In this document: in pieces, positions 18,133-28,308 of the stretch
How positions within the stretch are numbered: position 1 is the first letter of the stretch
How the letters are laid out: every line of letters begins with the position of its first letter
Origin: an uncultured Solirubrobacteraceae bacterium
Lineage (GTDB): Bacteria > Actinomycetota > Thermoleophilia > Solirubrobacterales > Solirubrobacteraceae
Reading direction: 5' to 3'
DNA: 64,000 nucleotides
Assembly (NCBI GenBank): GCA_964588985.1
Contig: CAZPQW010000001.1
Coordinates: 64,001-128,000, forward strand
Translations under genes and position numbers: made by a program
The notes under the pieces: generated by a model
Databases searched by the model: none
What the model saw: only the letters and a program-made list of their open reading frames with translations
What the model was told of the DNA's origin: nothing

Positions 18133-18540
18133 TCAAGCAGACTGCACTTCCGGCAGCCCCGGGTCGGGCGCGCCGAGCTTGGTCACTTCGGGCGCCTTGT
18201 AGACGTGTCCGGGGCAGCCGCCGATGGCGAGCAGGCGCATGCCGTCGGCGCCGGGCCAGACCTTGCGCTTCGGCTCCGGACCGACGCGGACCATCGTCTC
18301 GGGGTCGATCGCGAGGCGCTCGCCGTCGATCTCGATCTCGCCGGAGCCGCGCAGGACGACGAACACCTCCTCCTGCCCGCTTTCGGCGTGGTCGTGGTTG
18401 GGGTACTGGGTGGCGTTGGGCGGCAGGTCGATGACCTGCATCCCGAACGACTCGACGCCCAGCGAGGCGCGGGCGCGCTTGAACGAGCCGAACACGACCG
18501 CCTCCATGTCGTCGATGGGGGTGATGGTGAAGTCGGGCAT
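18133..18540 (-). CDS. Cupin-domain protein
   Basis: HDH...QEEVFVVLRGSG; AGGAGG RBS. Confidence 0.85.
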   Translation of the reverse strand: MPDFTITPIDDMEAVVFGSFKRARASLGVESFGMQVIDLPPNATQYPNHDHAESGQEEVFVVLRGSGEIEIDGERLAIDPETMVRVGPEPKRKVWPGADGMRLLAIGGCPGHVYKAPEVTKLGAPDPGLPEVQSA

Positions 18541-18590
18541 GTGGACCTCCTGGTTGGAACGGGGAGTAACGGGAGGCGCGCATTAATAGC

Positions 18591-18602
18591 ACGAACGTTC
18601 GT
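18591..18602. promoter_or_regulatory. Palindromic TetR operator candidate
   Basis: ACGAACGTTCGT between divergent cupin and TetR genes. Confidence 0.55.
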
Positions 18603-18610
18603 TCGTTACA

Positions 18611-19201
18611 ATGGATCCGATGAGCCCTGTTGAGACGAAGTCCGCTCGCACGAGATCGACGATCCTCGACTGCGCGGTCGACCTCGCCTCTGCGGAGGGC
18701 CTCGAAGGCCTGACGATCGGCCGGTTGGCGGGCGAGCTGGGGATGAGCAAGAGCGGCCTGTTCGCGCACTTCGGCTCCAAGGAGGAGCTGCAGCTGGCGA
18801 CGATCGACGCGGCCGCCCAGCGCTTCTTCGGCGCCGTGATCGCTCCCGCCCAAGGGGCGCCCGAGGGGTTCGAGCGCCTGCGCGCGTACTGCGAGCGCTA
18901 CCTCGACTACCTGCAGCACGAGGTGTTCGCGGGCGGCTGCTTCTGGGCGGCCACCGCGGCCGAGTTTGATGATCGTCCGGGCGTGGTGCGAGACGCTGTT
19001 CGCGCCGGCGTGGCGGGCTGGCTGGGCGAGATCGAGCGACAGGCGACGATCGCCGGCGTGGACGCGCCGGCGGAGCTGGCGTTCGAGATCTACTCGCTTG
19101 GGCTGGGCGCGAACGCGTGCTCGCGCCTGCTCGGCGACGGGCGCGCGTTCGAGCGCGCGCGGTCGGCGATAGAGCGCCGGATGCTCGAACAATCGCAGTA
19201 G
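18611..19201 (+). CDS. TetR/AcrR family regulator
   Basis: GLTIGRLAGELGMSKSGLFAHFGSKEELQ. Confidence 0.92.
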   Translation: MDPMSPVETKSARTRSTILDCAVDLASAEGLEGLTIGRLAGELGMSKSGLFAHFGSKEELQLATIDAAAQRFFGAVIAPAQGAPEGFERLRAYCERYLDYLQHEVFAGGCFWAATAAEFDDRPGVVRDAVRAGVAGWLGEIERQATIAGVDAPAELAFEIYSLGLGANACSRLLGDGRAFERARSAIERRMLEQSQ

Positions 19202-19335
19202 TAGAAGCTCGCACCGAGGGTCCCCGGTGAGTCGTTCCGGGGACCCTCAGCGAGCACAGGCGACGCGCACGAAAGTGGGCCGGCGCACCGCCTGAGTTGT
19301 GCCCGGGCAATCTGTGGGGATGCCATGGGCGGTTG

Positions 19336-19366
19336 AAATCCTACAAGGATTTTAGTCCTAGGACTA
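19336..19366. promoter_or_regulatory. Overlapping palindromes upstream of the XRE gene
   Basis: AAATCCT-aca-AGGATTT and TAGTCCTAGGACTA. Confidence 0.5.
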
Positions 19367-19379
19367 CGCTCCCTGGACT

Positions 19380-19640
19380 TTGAACCTTGAAGTACGCGAT
19401 GTTTCTGACGTGCGCGCCGAGCCCGACGCCGCTCTGGCGGCGCTACTGAAACGACTCCGCAAGGAGCGGGAGATCACTCAGGAACAACTCGCATTCGACG
19501 CTGGCATCACCGCGTCGGCCCTGTCGAGGATCGAACGGGGGCTCAACGACCCGGGCTGGACGACGGTCAATCGCATCGCAAAGGCCCTCGGCATCAGCCT
19601 TGTGGAGCTTGTGATGAACATCGAGCGGGACGTTACATAG
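19380..19640 (+). CDS. XRE-family HTH protein (controller-protein-like)
   Basis: LKRLRKEREITQEQLA...LSRIERGLNDP. Confidence 0.85.
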   Translation: MNLEVRDVSDVRAEPDAALAALLKRLRKEREITQEQLAFDAGITASALSRIERGLNDPGWTTVNRIAKALGISLVELVMNIERDVT

Positions 19641-19719
19641 GTCGTCGGAACCATCAGGCCAAAAACGCCACCGTACTTCGAGCTGGTGCGCCAGCACGGC
19701 GTGGCGTCGGATCGGCGAC

Positions 19720-20619
19720 TCAGCGGCGCGAGACGTCTTCGAGGTAGTTCTGCACCCAGCTCTCCGACAGCTCGTCCGCCTGCCTGCCCATCGTCGGCGT
19801 GCGCGCGGGCGCGAGATCGGCGGGTCGCTCGACCCCGAGCTCGTCGAGGACGCGTCCGACGGTCCCCTCGAGGTCGCCGGCGACGTCCTCGTAGAACAGC
19901 GACAGCGGCCGCTGGCCGATGCGGAAGAAGAAGCCCCGCCAGGCGTCCTCGTGGCGGCGCAGCTGGTCGAGCAGGTGGTCGATCGCGTCGAAGGAGTAGA
20001 CGGCTCGCTGTGTGGGCAGCGGCTCCTCGCTCCCACGCCCCTCGCCTTTGCGCCACACCCACGTCTGCAGCGCGCGCCACAGCGACACGGCCTGACGCAC
20101 CTTGTCGCTGCGCGAGATGAACACGTAGTGCAGATCGGGGAACGCGGCGTTCAGCAGCGAGCCGTCCCCCATCCCGCCGAAGCGCGGTATGCCGCGCATC
20201 AGCTCGAGGAAGTCGTCGAAGTAGCTCCACATGAGCTTCGAGCCGAACACGCCGTTGGGTGTGGTGCCCTCCCGCAGCGACGCCGACAGGTGCAGGGCGT
20301 AGTCGTCTCGGTTCCACGTGGCGGTGCGTTCGCCCTCGCGGTCGAGCTGGGCGTCGTGGGGTAGCAGGCGGATGACTTCGGGGCTGCGCAGACCCCAGAA
20401 GTACTCCCGCGGGCGCCTCGGCACGCCGGTCTCCTTGAGCGCCTCGAAGTACTCGCGAGGGCGCCCGGCGACGCCCGTGCGCTCGAGCGTCTCGCACAGC
20501 AGCGTGCTGCCACTGCGTGGGGTCGCGCAGACGAGATAGGAGCGCGTGGGGACCACGGGCTGCGCGTCCGCCTCGGCCGCCACAGGTGGCGTGTCCGGCT
20601 GGGGCTCGCCCGAGCTCAT
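19720..20619 (-). CDS. Stf0-family sulfotransferase
   Basis: YLVCATPRSGSTLLC, PREYF, TPNGVFGSKLMW, RQAVSLWRALQT. Confidence 0.88.
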   Translation of the reverse strand: MSSGEPQPDTPPVAAEADAQPVVPTRSYLVCATPRSGSTLLCETLERTGVAGRPREYFEALKETGVPRRPREYFWGLRSPEVIRLLPHDAQLDREGERTATWNRDDYALHLSASLREGTTPNGVFGSKLMWSYFDDFLELMRGIPRFGGMGDGSLLNAAFPDLHYVFISRSDKVRQAVSLWRALQTWVWRKGEGRGSEEPLPTQRAVYSFDAIDHLLDQLRRHEDAWRGFFFRIGQRPLSLFYEDVAGDLEGTVGRVLDELGVERPADLAPARTPTMGRQADELSESWVQNYLEDVSRR

Positions 20620-21923
20620 GCGATCGTGAGCGTCGGCTCGGTCGCCGAGCGCTGGTCGGGGTCGTTGATCTCCGCTCCCGCGGGCGGGGTCGGATCGCCG
20701 TGGAGCAACGGATCGGAGGTCTCCTCCATCCATGCCCGCAGACGCCCGCTCAGCTCGCGACGCACGTGCTCGTGGCTGGGGTCGCCGGCGAGGTTGTCCG
20801 CCTCGCCGGGGTCGAACGCGAGGTCGTACAGCTGCTCGAACGCGATCGTACGCTCGCCCCACCCGAGCGACAGCAGCAGGTCCTTGCTGGGCGAGTCGTC
20901 GCAGTTGGGCAGGACGGGCTTGGTGCGATCGCCGAAGCGGCGGATGTACTTCCAGCGATCGGTGCGGATCGCGCGCTGCGGCTCGTATGCGGCGTGCCAC
21001 GTCATCTCGGCGAAGATCTCGTCGCGGACCGCTGCGGTCTCGCCGCGGATCAGCGGCATCAGCGAAACACCCTGGAGGAAGTCCGGACGCTCGATGCCCA
21101 CAAGCTCGCACAGCGTCGGATACACGTCAATGTGGGAGACGAGCGCGTCGAGCACCTTGCCGCCTTGGAAGCCGCCCGGGCCGCGCACGATCAGCATCAC
21201 ACCGAGCCCGCGGTCGAACAGCGTGGCCTTCGAGCCGGGGAACGCGAGGCCGTGGTCGGTGGTGAACACGATCAACGTGTTGTCCGCGAGGCCGTGCACG
21301 TCGAGCGCCTCGAGCACCGAGCCGACGCCCTGGTCGAGCGAGCGCGCGCTCGCCTTGTAAGCGGCCATGTCACGGCGCGTCTCGGGCGTGTCGGGGATGT
21401 TGCCGGGCGGCAGCGAGTAGAGCGCGTCGCGCAGCGACGGGGGGTTGAGGAAGTCGCGGTGTGTCTCGAAGAAGCCCACCGACAGGAAGAACGGCTCCGG
21501 CGGCGGCCCGGCGAGAACCTCGATGGCGGCGGGGGCGACCGACTCCACGCGCGTGGTCTCGATCTTGATCACCTGGTCGAAGCCGATGATGTCGGGGCGC
21601 TTGGCGATGTGCTGCTCGCCGATCAGGATCGAGTGGTAGCCGGCGTTGTGCAGCGGGTGCACCAAGTGCTCGCGGTAGTCGTTGAGCGACCAGCCGCGGT
21701 GGGCGAGGCCGAGCATGCCGTTGTTGTGGCCGTACTGCCCCGTGAGCAGGCACGCGCGCGAGGCCGAGCACGTGGGCGCGGCGCAGAAGGCCTTGCGGAA
21801 CAGAACGCCCTGGTCGGCGAGGCGCTGGATGTTCGGCGTGGGCACCGGGTGGCCGTACGGCTGCACGTAGCGACCGGTGTCGTGCGAGTGCAGGTAGAGG
21901 ATGTTGGGCGGCTTGGGGGTCAT
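20616..21923 (-). CDS. Sulfatase (sulfamidase-like), cytoplasmic
   Basis: PNILYLHSHD, CSASRACLLTG, FTTDHG, QLYDL. Confidence 0.88.
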   Translation of the reverse strand: MTPKPPNILYLHSHDTGRYVQPYGHPVPTPNIQRLADQGVLFRKAFCAAPTCSASRACLLTGQYGHNNGMLGLAHRGWSLNDYREHLVHPLHNAGYHSILIGEQHIAKRPDIIGFDQVIKIETTRVESVAPAAIEVLAGPPPEPFFLSVGFFETHRDFLNPPSLRDALYSLPPGNIPDTPETRRDMAAYKASARSLDQGVGSVLEALDVHGLADNTLIVFTTDHGLAFPGSKATLFDRGLGVMLIVRGPGGFQGGKVLDALVSHIDVYPTLCELVGIERPDFLQGVSLMPLIRGETAAVRDEIFAEMTWHAAYEPQRAIRTDRWKYIRRFGDRTKPVLPNCDDSPSKDLLLSLGWGERTIAFEQLYDLAFDPGEADNLAGDPSHEHVRRELSGRLRAWMEETSDPLLHGDPTPPAGAEINDPDQRSATEPTLTIA

Positions 21924-22025
21924 GTGCGGGCCTGTACGAGTGGGCTGTCGACCGGTAGCCTAAACGTTTGTTCAGTCGATAGGTCGAGAATCGCGCACGA
22001 GCGGTGCGCGACGGAAAGGAGATAC

Positions 22026-22235
22026 ATGGCGCGCATCCTGCTTGACGACACGGAGATCGACGTGTCGGAGGACGTGGAGGACACCCTCAGTCGGATCGTC
22101 AACTCGCGAGACGGACTGCGGCTCGGCAGCGGCGCGATCGTGGCGCCGGCGGGCTGGGTGACGTTGACCGCGGCGGACAACGGCGAGGCGCTCTACGTGC
22201 AGGTGTCGCGCATCGGATACGTGCGCGAGGGGTAG
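22026..22235 (+). CDS. Small hypothetical protein
   Basis: AAAGGAG RBS before MARILLDD. Confidence 0.65.
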   Translation: MARILLDDTEIDVSEDVEDTLSRIVNSRDGLRLGSGAIVAPAGWVTLTAADNGEALYVQVSRIGYVREG

Positions 22236-22238
22236 CTC

Positions 22239-22544
22239 TCAGACCTGCTCGCCCGGTTCGTCGGGCGCGGCGACGGCGAAGATGATGTGGCGGCGGGCGA
22301 CGGAGAGGTAGGCGTGCAGCTCCACCGGCCCGCCCTCGCGTGGCGCGACTGTGACGTCGGTGAGCGTTATGAAGTCGCGCTCGGCGGCGTTGAGCACGTC
22401 GGACACGCGGCTGCGAAAGCCGTCCCGCGCGAGCGTGAGCACCCCCTCGATGCGGTGGTACTCGGTCTCGAGCCGCACGCGCTCCTTGCGGCGGTCGATG
22501 CCCGGTGCCTCGTCCTCGACCTGTGGCTCCTCCTCGTTGCTCAT
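22239..22544 (-). CDS. Small conserved hypothetical protein
   Basis: MSNEEE...RVSDVLNAAERDFITLTDV. Confidence 0.65.
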   Translation of the reverse strand: MSNEEEPQVEDEAPGIDRRKERVRLETEYHRIEGVLTLARDGFRSRVSDVLNAAERDFITLTDVTVAPREGGPVELHAYLSVARRHIIFAVAAPDEPGEQV

Positions 22545-22591
22545 GCGCTCATTATCGGGCCTCGCGCCGGGCGTGTGCGCAACGGGTGCGT

Positions 22592-24538
22592 TCAGCGCGT
22601 GACGGTGTACGTCTTGGCGATGGTCGTGCGCAGCCCTGTGGGGCCCGTCGCGACGATCCTCACACGCGCTCGCATCGCGCTGTGACGGCCGAGCGCGCGG
22701 CGCAGCCGTCTGAGCGATCTCGGACTCACGCGCAGCCGCACATGACCCGCATGGGCGGCGGACAGCGTGCGTGCGACAGTCACGAGCCGCACGCTCCGGT
22801 GTCGGCCGAGCGGTGTGAGCGTGGCGCTGACGAGGATGCTGCAGTCGCGCGCGCAGCTGACGTTGAGCGCGACGGCGCGGCGAGCGAGCACGGCTCCCCT
22901 GCGCAGCAGGCTCACGCGCAGCACCGGCGCGACGTTCAACGGCGGCGGCCACGCGCCCGCGGGCAGACAGCCGGTGGGCGCGGGGTTGGCGAGGCTGAAG
23001 CGCTGCACGCGGTTGTTGTTCGTGTCGGCGACGTACACCGCGCCGTCGCATCCCACCGCGATGGCGCTCGGCTGGGAGAGGTCCCCGGGCGCGATGCCTC
23101 GCAGACCCCATTTGGCGAGTGGGTTTCCGGCGGCGTCGAGCACCTGCACGCGGTTGTTCCTGACGTCGAGGACGTACTGGCGTCCCGCGCCGTCGACGGC
23201 GATTGGGTTGAACGGCGAGCCGTTGAGCGGCGTGGCGGCGATGAGGTTGCCTAGGAAGGTGCCGTCGCCCCACAGGTCCGCGATCCGCGAGTGCCCGGTG
23301 TCGTCGACACCCACGGAGCCGCTGGGGTCGACGGTGATGGCGCCGGGAGCGTCGAAGCCGGTGTACCCACCGCCTGCGCCCGTCCACTGTTCGACATAGG
23401 GGCCGGCGCCGGGAGCGAACACCTCGACGCGATTGCCGACGGTGTCGGACACGAGCAGCCTGCCGGTGGGGTCGACCGCGAGTCCGCGCGGACCCGTCAT
23501 CTGCCCCGGCCCGCGCGCGGAGGCGCCGAGCGTGCGCAGGTAGGCGCCGTTGGCGTCGAACACCTGCACGCGGTCGTTGGCGGTGTCGGCGACGTACGTG
23601 TCGCCGGCGGGGTCGCTGGCGAGCGCGCGCGGGAACGCGAGCTGCCCAGTCCTGGTGCCGTATTCGCCCCACGCGCCGAGGAAGCCGAGCTGCGGCGAGA
23701 GCTTGACCACGCGCGCGTTGATGTTGTCCGCGACGTAGGCGTTGCCGGCGGCGTCGAGCGCGATGCCATAGGGGAAGCTGAACTGACCGGCGCCCGCGCC
23801 GTGCGTGCCGGCTTCGGCTTCGTAGGCGCCTTCGGGGTTGAATTTCTGGACGCGGTGGTTGTCGTCGTCGGCGACAAGCACCTCGGTCGCGTTCGCCGCG
23901 AGCCCGCGCGGGTAGGCGAACTGTCCGGGAAGCGATCCGTGGGTGCCCCACTGCAGCGGTTCGCCGCCTTCGAGGTTGAAGCGCTCGATGCGGTGGTTGT
24001 CGGTGTCGGCGACGTAGACGTGGTTGCCCGCCACGGCGATGCCGCCGCCGGGAGGCTGGACGAAGTTCTGAGTGGAGCCGAAGTTGAACCGGCCGAGCGC
24101 GGTGCCGCTGCCGCCCCAGGAGGCGAGGAAGGCGCCGTTCGGGTCGAACTTCTGGATGCGATCGTGGCTGGAGTCGACCACGTACACGTCGCCGGCGGCG
24201 TCCGTTGCGAGGCCGCCGATCGGGCCGAACTGCCCGTGCCCGCCGCCGTATGAGCCCCACTGCGTCTCGAACGCGCCCGCGGCGGTGAACTTCTGCACCA
24301 CGTAGCTGAGCTGGTCGGCGACGTACACGTCGCCGGCGGCGTCGACGGCGACGGCCTCGGGGAAGCGCAGGACCGATTCTCCGCGCTGGCCGATGCTCTG
24401 CACGGATATGTACGGGCAGGCGGGCTGCGCGCCGGAGCCGGGGCAGGCTTCGGCGTGTGCGCTGCCGGTGGCGCTCGCGCAGGCCCACAGGAGCACGACG
24501 ACGAGCGCGAGCGAACGGCGAGGTGGCGAAAGCGTCAT
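22592..24538 (-). CDS. Secreted NHL-repeat beta-propeller protein
   Basis: Signal peptide; many GQF..P.GLA.D..G.VYVAD..N.RVQ.F repeats. Confidence 0.88.
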   Translation of the reverse strand: MTLSPPRRSLALVVVLLWACASATGSAHAEACPGSGAQPACPYISVQSIGQRGESVLRFPEAVAVDAAGDVYVADQLSYVVQKFTAAGAFETQWGSYGGGHGQFGPIGGLATDAAGDVYVVDSSHDRIQKFDPNGAFLASWGGSGTALGRFNFGSTQNFVQPPGGGIAVAGNHVYVADTDNHRIERFNLEGGEPLQWGTHGSLPGQFAYPRGLAANATEVLVADDDNHRVQKFNPEGAYEAEAGTHGAGAGQFSFPYGIALDAAGNAYVADNINARVVKLSPQLGFLGAWGEYGTRTGQLAFPRALASDPAGDTYVADTANDRVQVFDANGAYLRTLGASARGPGQMTGPRGLAVDPTGRLLVSDTVGNRVEVFAPGAGPYVEQWTGAGGGYTGFDAPGAITVDPSGSVGVDDTGHSRIADLWGDGTFLGNLIAATPLNGSPFNPIAVDGAGRQYVLDVRNNRVQVLDAAGNPLAKWGLRGIAPGDLSQPSAIAVGCDGAVYVADTNNNRVQRFSLANPAPTGCLPAGAWPPPLNVAPVLRVSLLRRGAVLARRAVALNVSCARDCSILVSATLTPLGRHRSVRLVTVARTLSAAHAGHVRLRVSPRSLRRLRRALGRHSAMRARVRIVATGPTGLRTTIAKTYTVTR

Positions 24539-24605
24539 CGTCGGGTGGAACACGGCTGGGGCGCGGGTGTTGCGCATGCCCACGCCAGGGCCGCTGGCGT
24601 TCTCT

Positions 24606-25628
24606 TTAAGAGATCCGCTCGGGCGTGCGTGCCGCGAGCCCGGAGCGCGCCGCGAGCGCGACGGCCGGGCCGTTCTCGGGCGCGGCGGGTGCGTTGCGCT
24701 CTTCGCGCACGATGTACAGCGGACGGTGCTTGACCTCGTCGTAGATGCGTCCGACGTACTCCCCGATCACGCCGAGCGCGATCAGCTGGATGCCGCCGAG
24801 CAGCAGGATGGCGATCGTGATCGAGCCGAAGCCCGGCAGGTAGGAGTCGAAGATCCGCAGCACGATCACCACGGGGATCGCGATGAAGGCGAGGCCCGCG
24901 GAGAGCATGCCCACGTAGGTTGCGAGTTGCAGTGGCACATGTGAGAACGACGCGATCGCGTCGAGCGAGAAGCGCAGCATCTTGCGCAGCGTGTACTTCG
25001 TCTCGCCCGCGTGGCGCGCGTCGCGCTGGTATGAGACGGCGGTCTGGTTGAAGCCCACCCACACGGTCATCCCGCGCAGGAAGCGCGAGCGCTCGCCCAT
25101 CGCGAGCAGCGCGTCGAGCGCGCGGCGGTCGAGCAGGCGGAAGTCGCCGGAGTTGGGCTCGAGGTCGACCTGCGCGAGCTTGTCGAACAGCTTGTAGAAC
25201 CACGAGGCGGTGGCGAGCTTGAACTTGGTCTCGCCTTCGCGCTGCTTGCGCACCGCGTACACCACGTCCGCCCCCTGGCTCCACTGGGCGATCATGTCGG
25301 GGATCAGCTCGGGCGGATCCTGCAGGTCGGCGTCGATCATCGCGACGACGTCGCCCACGGCGTGCTCGAGTCCGGCGGTGAGGGCGGCCTGGTGGCCGAA
25401 GTTGCGCGACAGGTGCACCACGCGCACGCGCGGGTCCGCGGCGGCGAGACGATCCAGTAACTCGGGGGTGTTGTCGGAGCTGCCGTCGTTGACGAGCACC
25501 AGCTCGAACTCGTAGTCGGCGATCGCGTCGGTGGCGCGACGGACGAACTCCTCGATCAGATCCTCCTCGTCGTACACCGGCGCGACGAGGCTGAGGAGGG
25601 TGGGGGTGCGAAGTTGGGTGTCCGGCAT
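24606..25628 (-). CDS. GT2 polyprenol-phosphate glycosyltransferase (GtrB-like)
   Basis: VNDGSSD, LSRNFGHQAAL, DADLQDPPE, GDFRLLDR, two C-terminal TMs. Confidence 0.92.
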   Translation of the reverse strand: MPDTQLRTPTLLSLVAPVYDEEDLIEEFVRRATDAIADYEFELVLVNDGSSDNTPELLDRLAAADPRVRVVHLSRNFGHQAALTAGLEHAVGDVVAMIDADLQDPPELIPDMIAQWSQGADVVYAVRKQREGETKFKLATASWFYKLFDKLAQVDLEPNSGDFRLLDRRALDALLAMGERSRFLRGMTVWVGFNQTAVSYQRDARHAGETKYTLRKMLRFSLDAIASFSHVPLQLATYVGMLSAGLAFIAIPVVIVLRIFDSYLPGFGSITIAILLLGGIQLIALGVIGEYVGRIYDEVKHRPLYIVREERNAPAAPENGPAVALAARSGLAARTPERIS

Positions 25629-25696
25629 GTGTTGGCGACTACTCTCTTACCTGCGCCTAAGCTGCCGCTCAATTTATCGTTCATCCTGTGTAGGCG

Positions 25697-26179
25697 ATGC
25701 CCTTGGAGACCGTCGAGTCGCAGCAGCCGACCACCAGCGTAGCGGCACCGCCGCGCTCGTCGCGGGCGGCGATGCTCATCCAGTTCATCAAGTTCGGGAT
25801 CGTCGGGGTGTCGAACACGACGCTCACGTTCGTGGTGTACACGCTGCTGTTGAAGGGGTTCGGCGTGTGGTACCTGCTGGCGTCCGCGATCGGGTTCGCG
25901 GTTGGCGCGACGAACGGGTTCCTGCTCAACCGGCGTTGGACGTTCCGCGAGCATGTGGGCGACTCGCTCACGCCGGTGCGCTGGGCGATCGTGCAGAGCG
26001 GCGGGCTGGCGATCAACGAGGGGCTGCTCTACGCGCTGGTGGACGGCGCGAGCTTCGACAAGCTGGTGGCGCAGGCGATGGCGATCGTCGTGGTTACCGT
26101 GAGCACGTTCCTCGTCAACCGCGCGTGGACGTTCCGCGTGCATGCGCCGGCGTCCGACGCGCCGCCGCCGGCTCCCTAG
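25697..26179 (+). CDS. GtrA-family flippase-like protein
   Basis: QFIKFGIVG, NRRWTF, four TMs. Confidence 0.88.
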   Translation: MPLETVESQQPTTSVAAPPRSSRAAMLIQFIKFGIVGVSNTTLTFVVYTLLLKGFGVWYLLASAIGFAVGATNGFLLNRRWTFREHVGDSLTPVRWAIVQSGGLAINEGLLYALVDGASFDKLVAQAMAIVVVTVSTFLVNRAWTFRVHAPASDAPPPAP

Positions 26180-26904
26180 CGGAAGACGGCCATGAGCGAG
26201 AGCCCAGCCGGGATGCGCCCGCCTCGGGCGATCAGCGCGGCCTCGAGGTTGAGGGGCTGTTCGAGCGCGGTGTTGAGCGGATGGGGCGGGATCCACAGGT
26301 CGAGGCTCGACTCGGTCGTCTTGCGGCTGAAGCGGTCGAGTACGCGCAGGAGGATCGCGGCGGGCAGGAGCAGCGAGTTGAAGTAGGTGGTGCGCGTCTG
26401 GCGCCAGCCGGCCTGCTCGGCGGCCCGCTGGAGCGAGCGGCGCGTGTAGCGGCGGTGGTGGTGGTTGATCTCGTCGTGCCCACTCCACAGCCACTGGTAG
26501 GCGGGGACGGTCACAAGCAGCTGCCCGCCCGGGGCGACCGTGCGACGCAGCTCGCGCAGGGCGCCGAGGTCGTCCTCGAGGTGCTCGATCACGTCGAGGC
26601 TGACCGCGAGGTCGAAGCTGTCCTCGGCGAAGGGCATCTCGAGCACCGAGCCTTCGACGACCTCGCCGGCGTTGCGGGCGCGGGCGAGCGCGACGCTCGT
26701 GTCGGAGAGCTCCACTCCGGTGACGGCGCCGAAGCGGGCGAGCTCGACCATGTTGCGTCCGCTGCCGCAGCCGGCGTCGAGGATGCGCGCGTGCGCGGGC
26801 AGGCCCAGCGCGGCGATCGCGCCGTCGAGCACCTTGCGTCGGCCCGCGTACCACCAGTGGCGGTCCTCCACCTGGTGGGTCTGAAGCTCGTAATCCCTGT
26901 CCAT
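26176..26904 (-). CDS. Class I SAM-dependent methyltransferase
   Basis: EDRHWWY, ILDAGCGSG, DVIEHL, VPAYQWLWSGHD. Confidence 0.88.
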   Translation of the reverse strand: MDRDYELQTHQVEDRHWWYAGRRKVLDGAIAALGLPAHARILDAGCGSGRNMVELARFGAVTGVELSDTSVALARARNAGEVVEGSVLEMPFAEDSFDLAVSLDVIEHLEDDLGALRELRRTVAPGGQLLVTVPAYQWLWSGHDEINHHHRRYTRRSLQRAAEQAGWRQTRTTYFNSLLLPAAILLRVLDRFSRKTTESSLDLWIPPHPLNTALEQPLNLEAALIARGGRIPAGLSLMAVFR

Positions 26905-26964
26905 GAGGGCCCATCTTTTCGTATTGGGGCACCCTCGCGCGCTGCGGCTGTGCCCGGCGAGGGG

Positions 26965-28308
26965 TCAGGGGGCGGCTGAGAGGGCGCCGCGAATGGCGTA
27001 GCGGACCCGACCGCCTTCGCCGCGCCAGGCCGCGACCGCCGCGTCGTCGCTGGGGTCGAGCGCAACGGTTGCGTCGTTGTTGGGCCCGGGCGGCGCGACC
27101 TGTTCGGGGGCCCCGAACCGTGTGCGCCCGGCGGACACGTCGAGCCCGCGGGCGGAGAGGATCGCCTGCCGGCTCATGTCCGGCGCGCCGCCGCCGGTCT
27201 GCTGCGGCTCGGTCCACAGCGCGAGCGCCTCGCCGTCGGGTCCGGGAGCGAACGCGGCGAGCAGCGCGTCCACTCCGGGCGTGGCGATCGTGCTCGCATT
27301 TCCGACTCCGGTCGCGTTGACGGCCGCGGTGCGCACCGCCCACCTTCCGTGCGCGGCGCCCGCCCACGCGAGCATCACGCTCTCGGTGCTGAGACGCACG
27401 AGTGTGGGGGAGCCAGGCGGAGAGGAGAGCCCGTCCGGGTCGCGGAAGCGCTCGAGCAGTCGTGGCGCGCCGAAGCGCACGCCCGCCGCCGAGCGATCCA
27501 CGTAGACACTCGTCTCACCGGCGTTGTCTTCCGCCCAAGCGACGGTCGCGCGATTGGCGTCGCTGAGCAGGGCGGAGATCCGCACGTGCGCGCCGACGTG
27601 CGCGAGCCGTTGCGTCGGGCTGTTCGCGCCGGAGGCGGGCAGGTCGTGCGCATAAAGGACGCCGCGCTGTGCCCACACGGTCATCGCATCGGTGCGATAG
27701 TCGAGCGCGAGCGCAAGCCGGCTCGTGGCGTGTGCCGCTCCGGCGCCGGCCGAGAGTCGTGAGGAGAGGACGTTGGAGTAGTAGCGCTCGACCCCCACGC
27801 CCGGGCCGCCGGCGCTCACACCACGACCCGTTGCCGGAGTGAAGGCGACCCCGACGTCGCCAAGGTAGGCGGTCGTGAGCGCGAGCGGCGCCGGGGATCC
27901 TTCGAAGCTCGACAGCGAGGAGAAAGCTCCACCGGCGCGTCCCTGGATCAGCAGCCCGTGTTGCTGGCCGGCCGGCGAGGCTCCGGCGATCGCGATCTGC
28001 CCGTGTGGAGCTGTGGCGACCTTGAGCGGACCGCGCAATGTGATCGGCTGCCCGACTGCTTCGCGGGGCATGGTCGACGTGCCCGGAGCGTCGCCTGCGC
28101 CAATTGCGGCGAGGCGTGCGCCCTCGCGGCCGGGGCAGCCCGGCGCGGCGTCCCACACGATCGCCCCCGGACCGGTCGCGTGACTGGGGGTGTCGCTCGG
28201 GAACACGACCTTCGGTGGGCCGACCGCTGGGCACGGTGCGAGCGGCGCCGCCGCCGGCGACCACGGTGCGGCGCCGGCGGCGATGGCTAGCAGGGACGTG
28301 AGGTTCAA
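26965..28308 (-). CDS. Secreted hypothetical protein
   Basis: TTG start overlapping upstream stop; beta-rich sequence. Confidence 0.55.
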   Translation of the reverse strand: MNLTSLLAIAAGAAPWSPAAAPLAPCPAVGPPKVVFPSDTPSHATGPGAIVWDAAPGCPGREGARLAAIGAGDAPGTSTMPREAVGQPITLRGPLKVATAPHGQIAIAGASPAGQQHGLLIQGRAGGAFSSLSSFEGSPAPLALTTAYLGDVGVAFTPATGRGVSAGGPGVGVERYYSNVLSSRLSAGAGAAHATSRLALALDYRTDAMTVWAQRGVLYAHDLPASGANSPTQRLAHVGAHVRISALLSDANRATVAWAEDNAGETSVYVDRSAAGVRFGAPRLLERFRDPDGLSSPPGSPTLVRLSTESVMLAWAGAAHGRWAVRTAAVNATGVGNASTIATPGVDALLAAFAPGPDGEALALWTEPQQTGGGAPDMSRQAILSARGLDVSAGRTRFGAPEQVAPPGPNNDATVALDPSDDAAVAAWRGEGGRVRYAIRGALSAAP

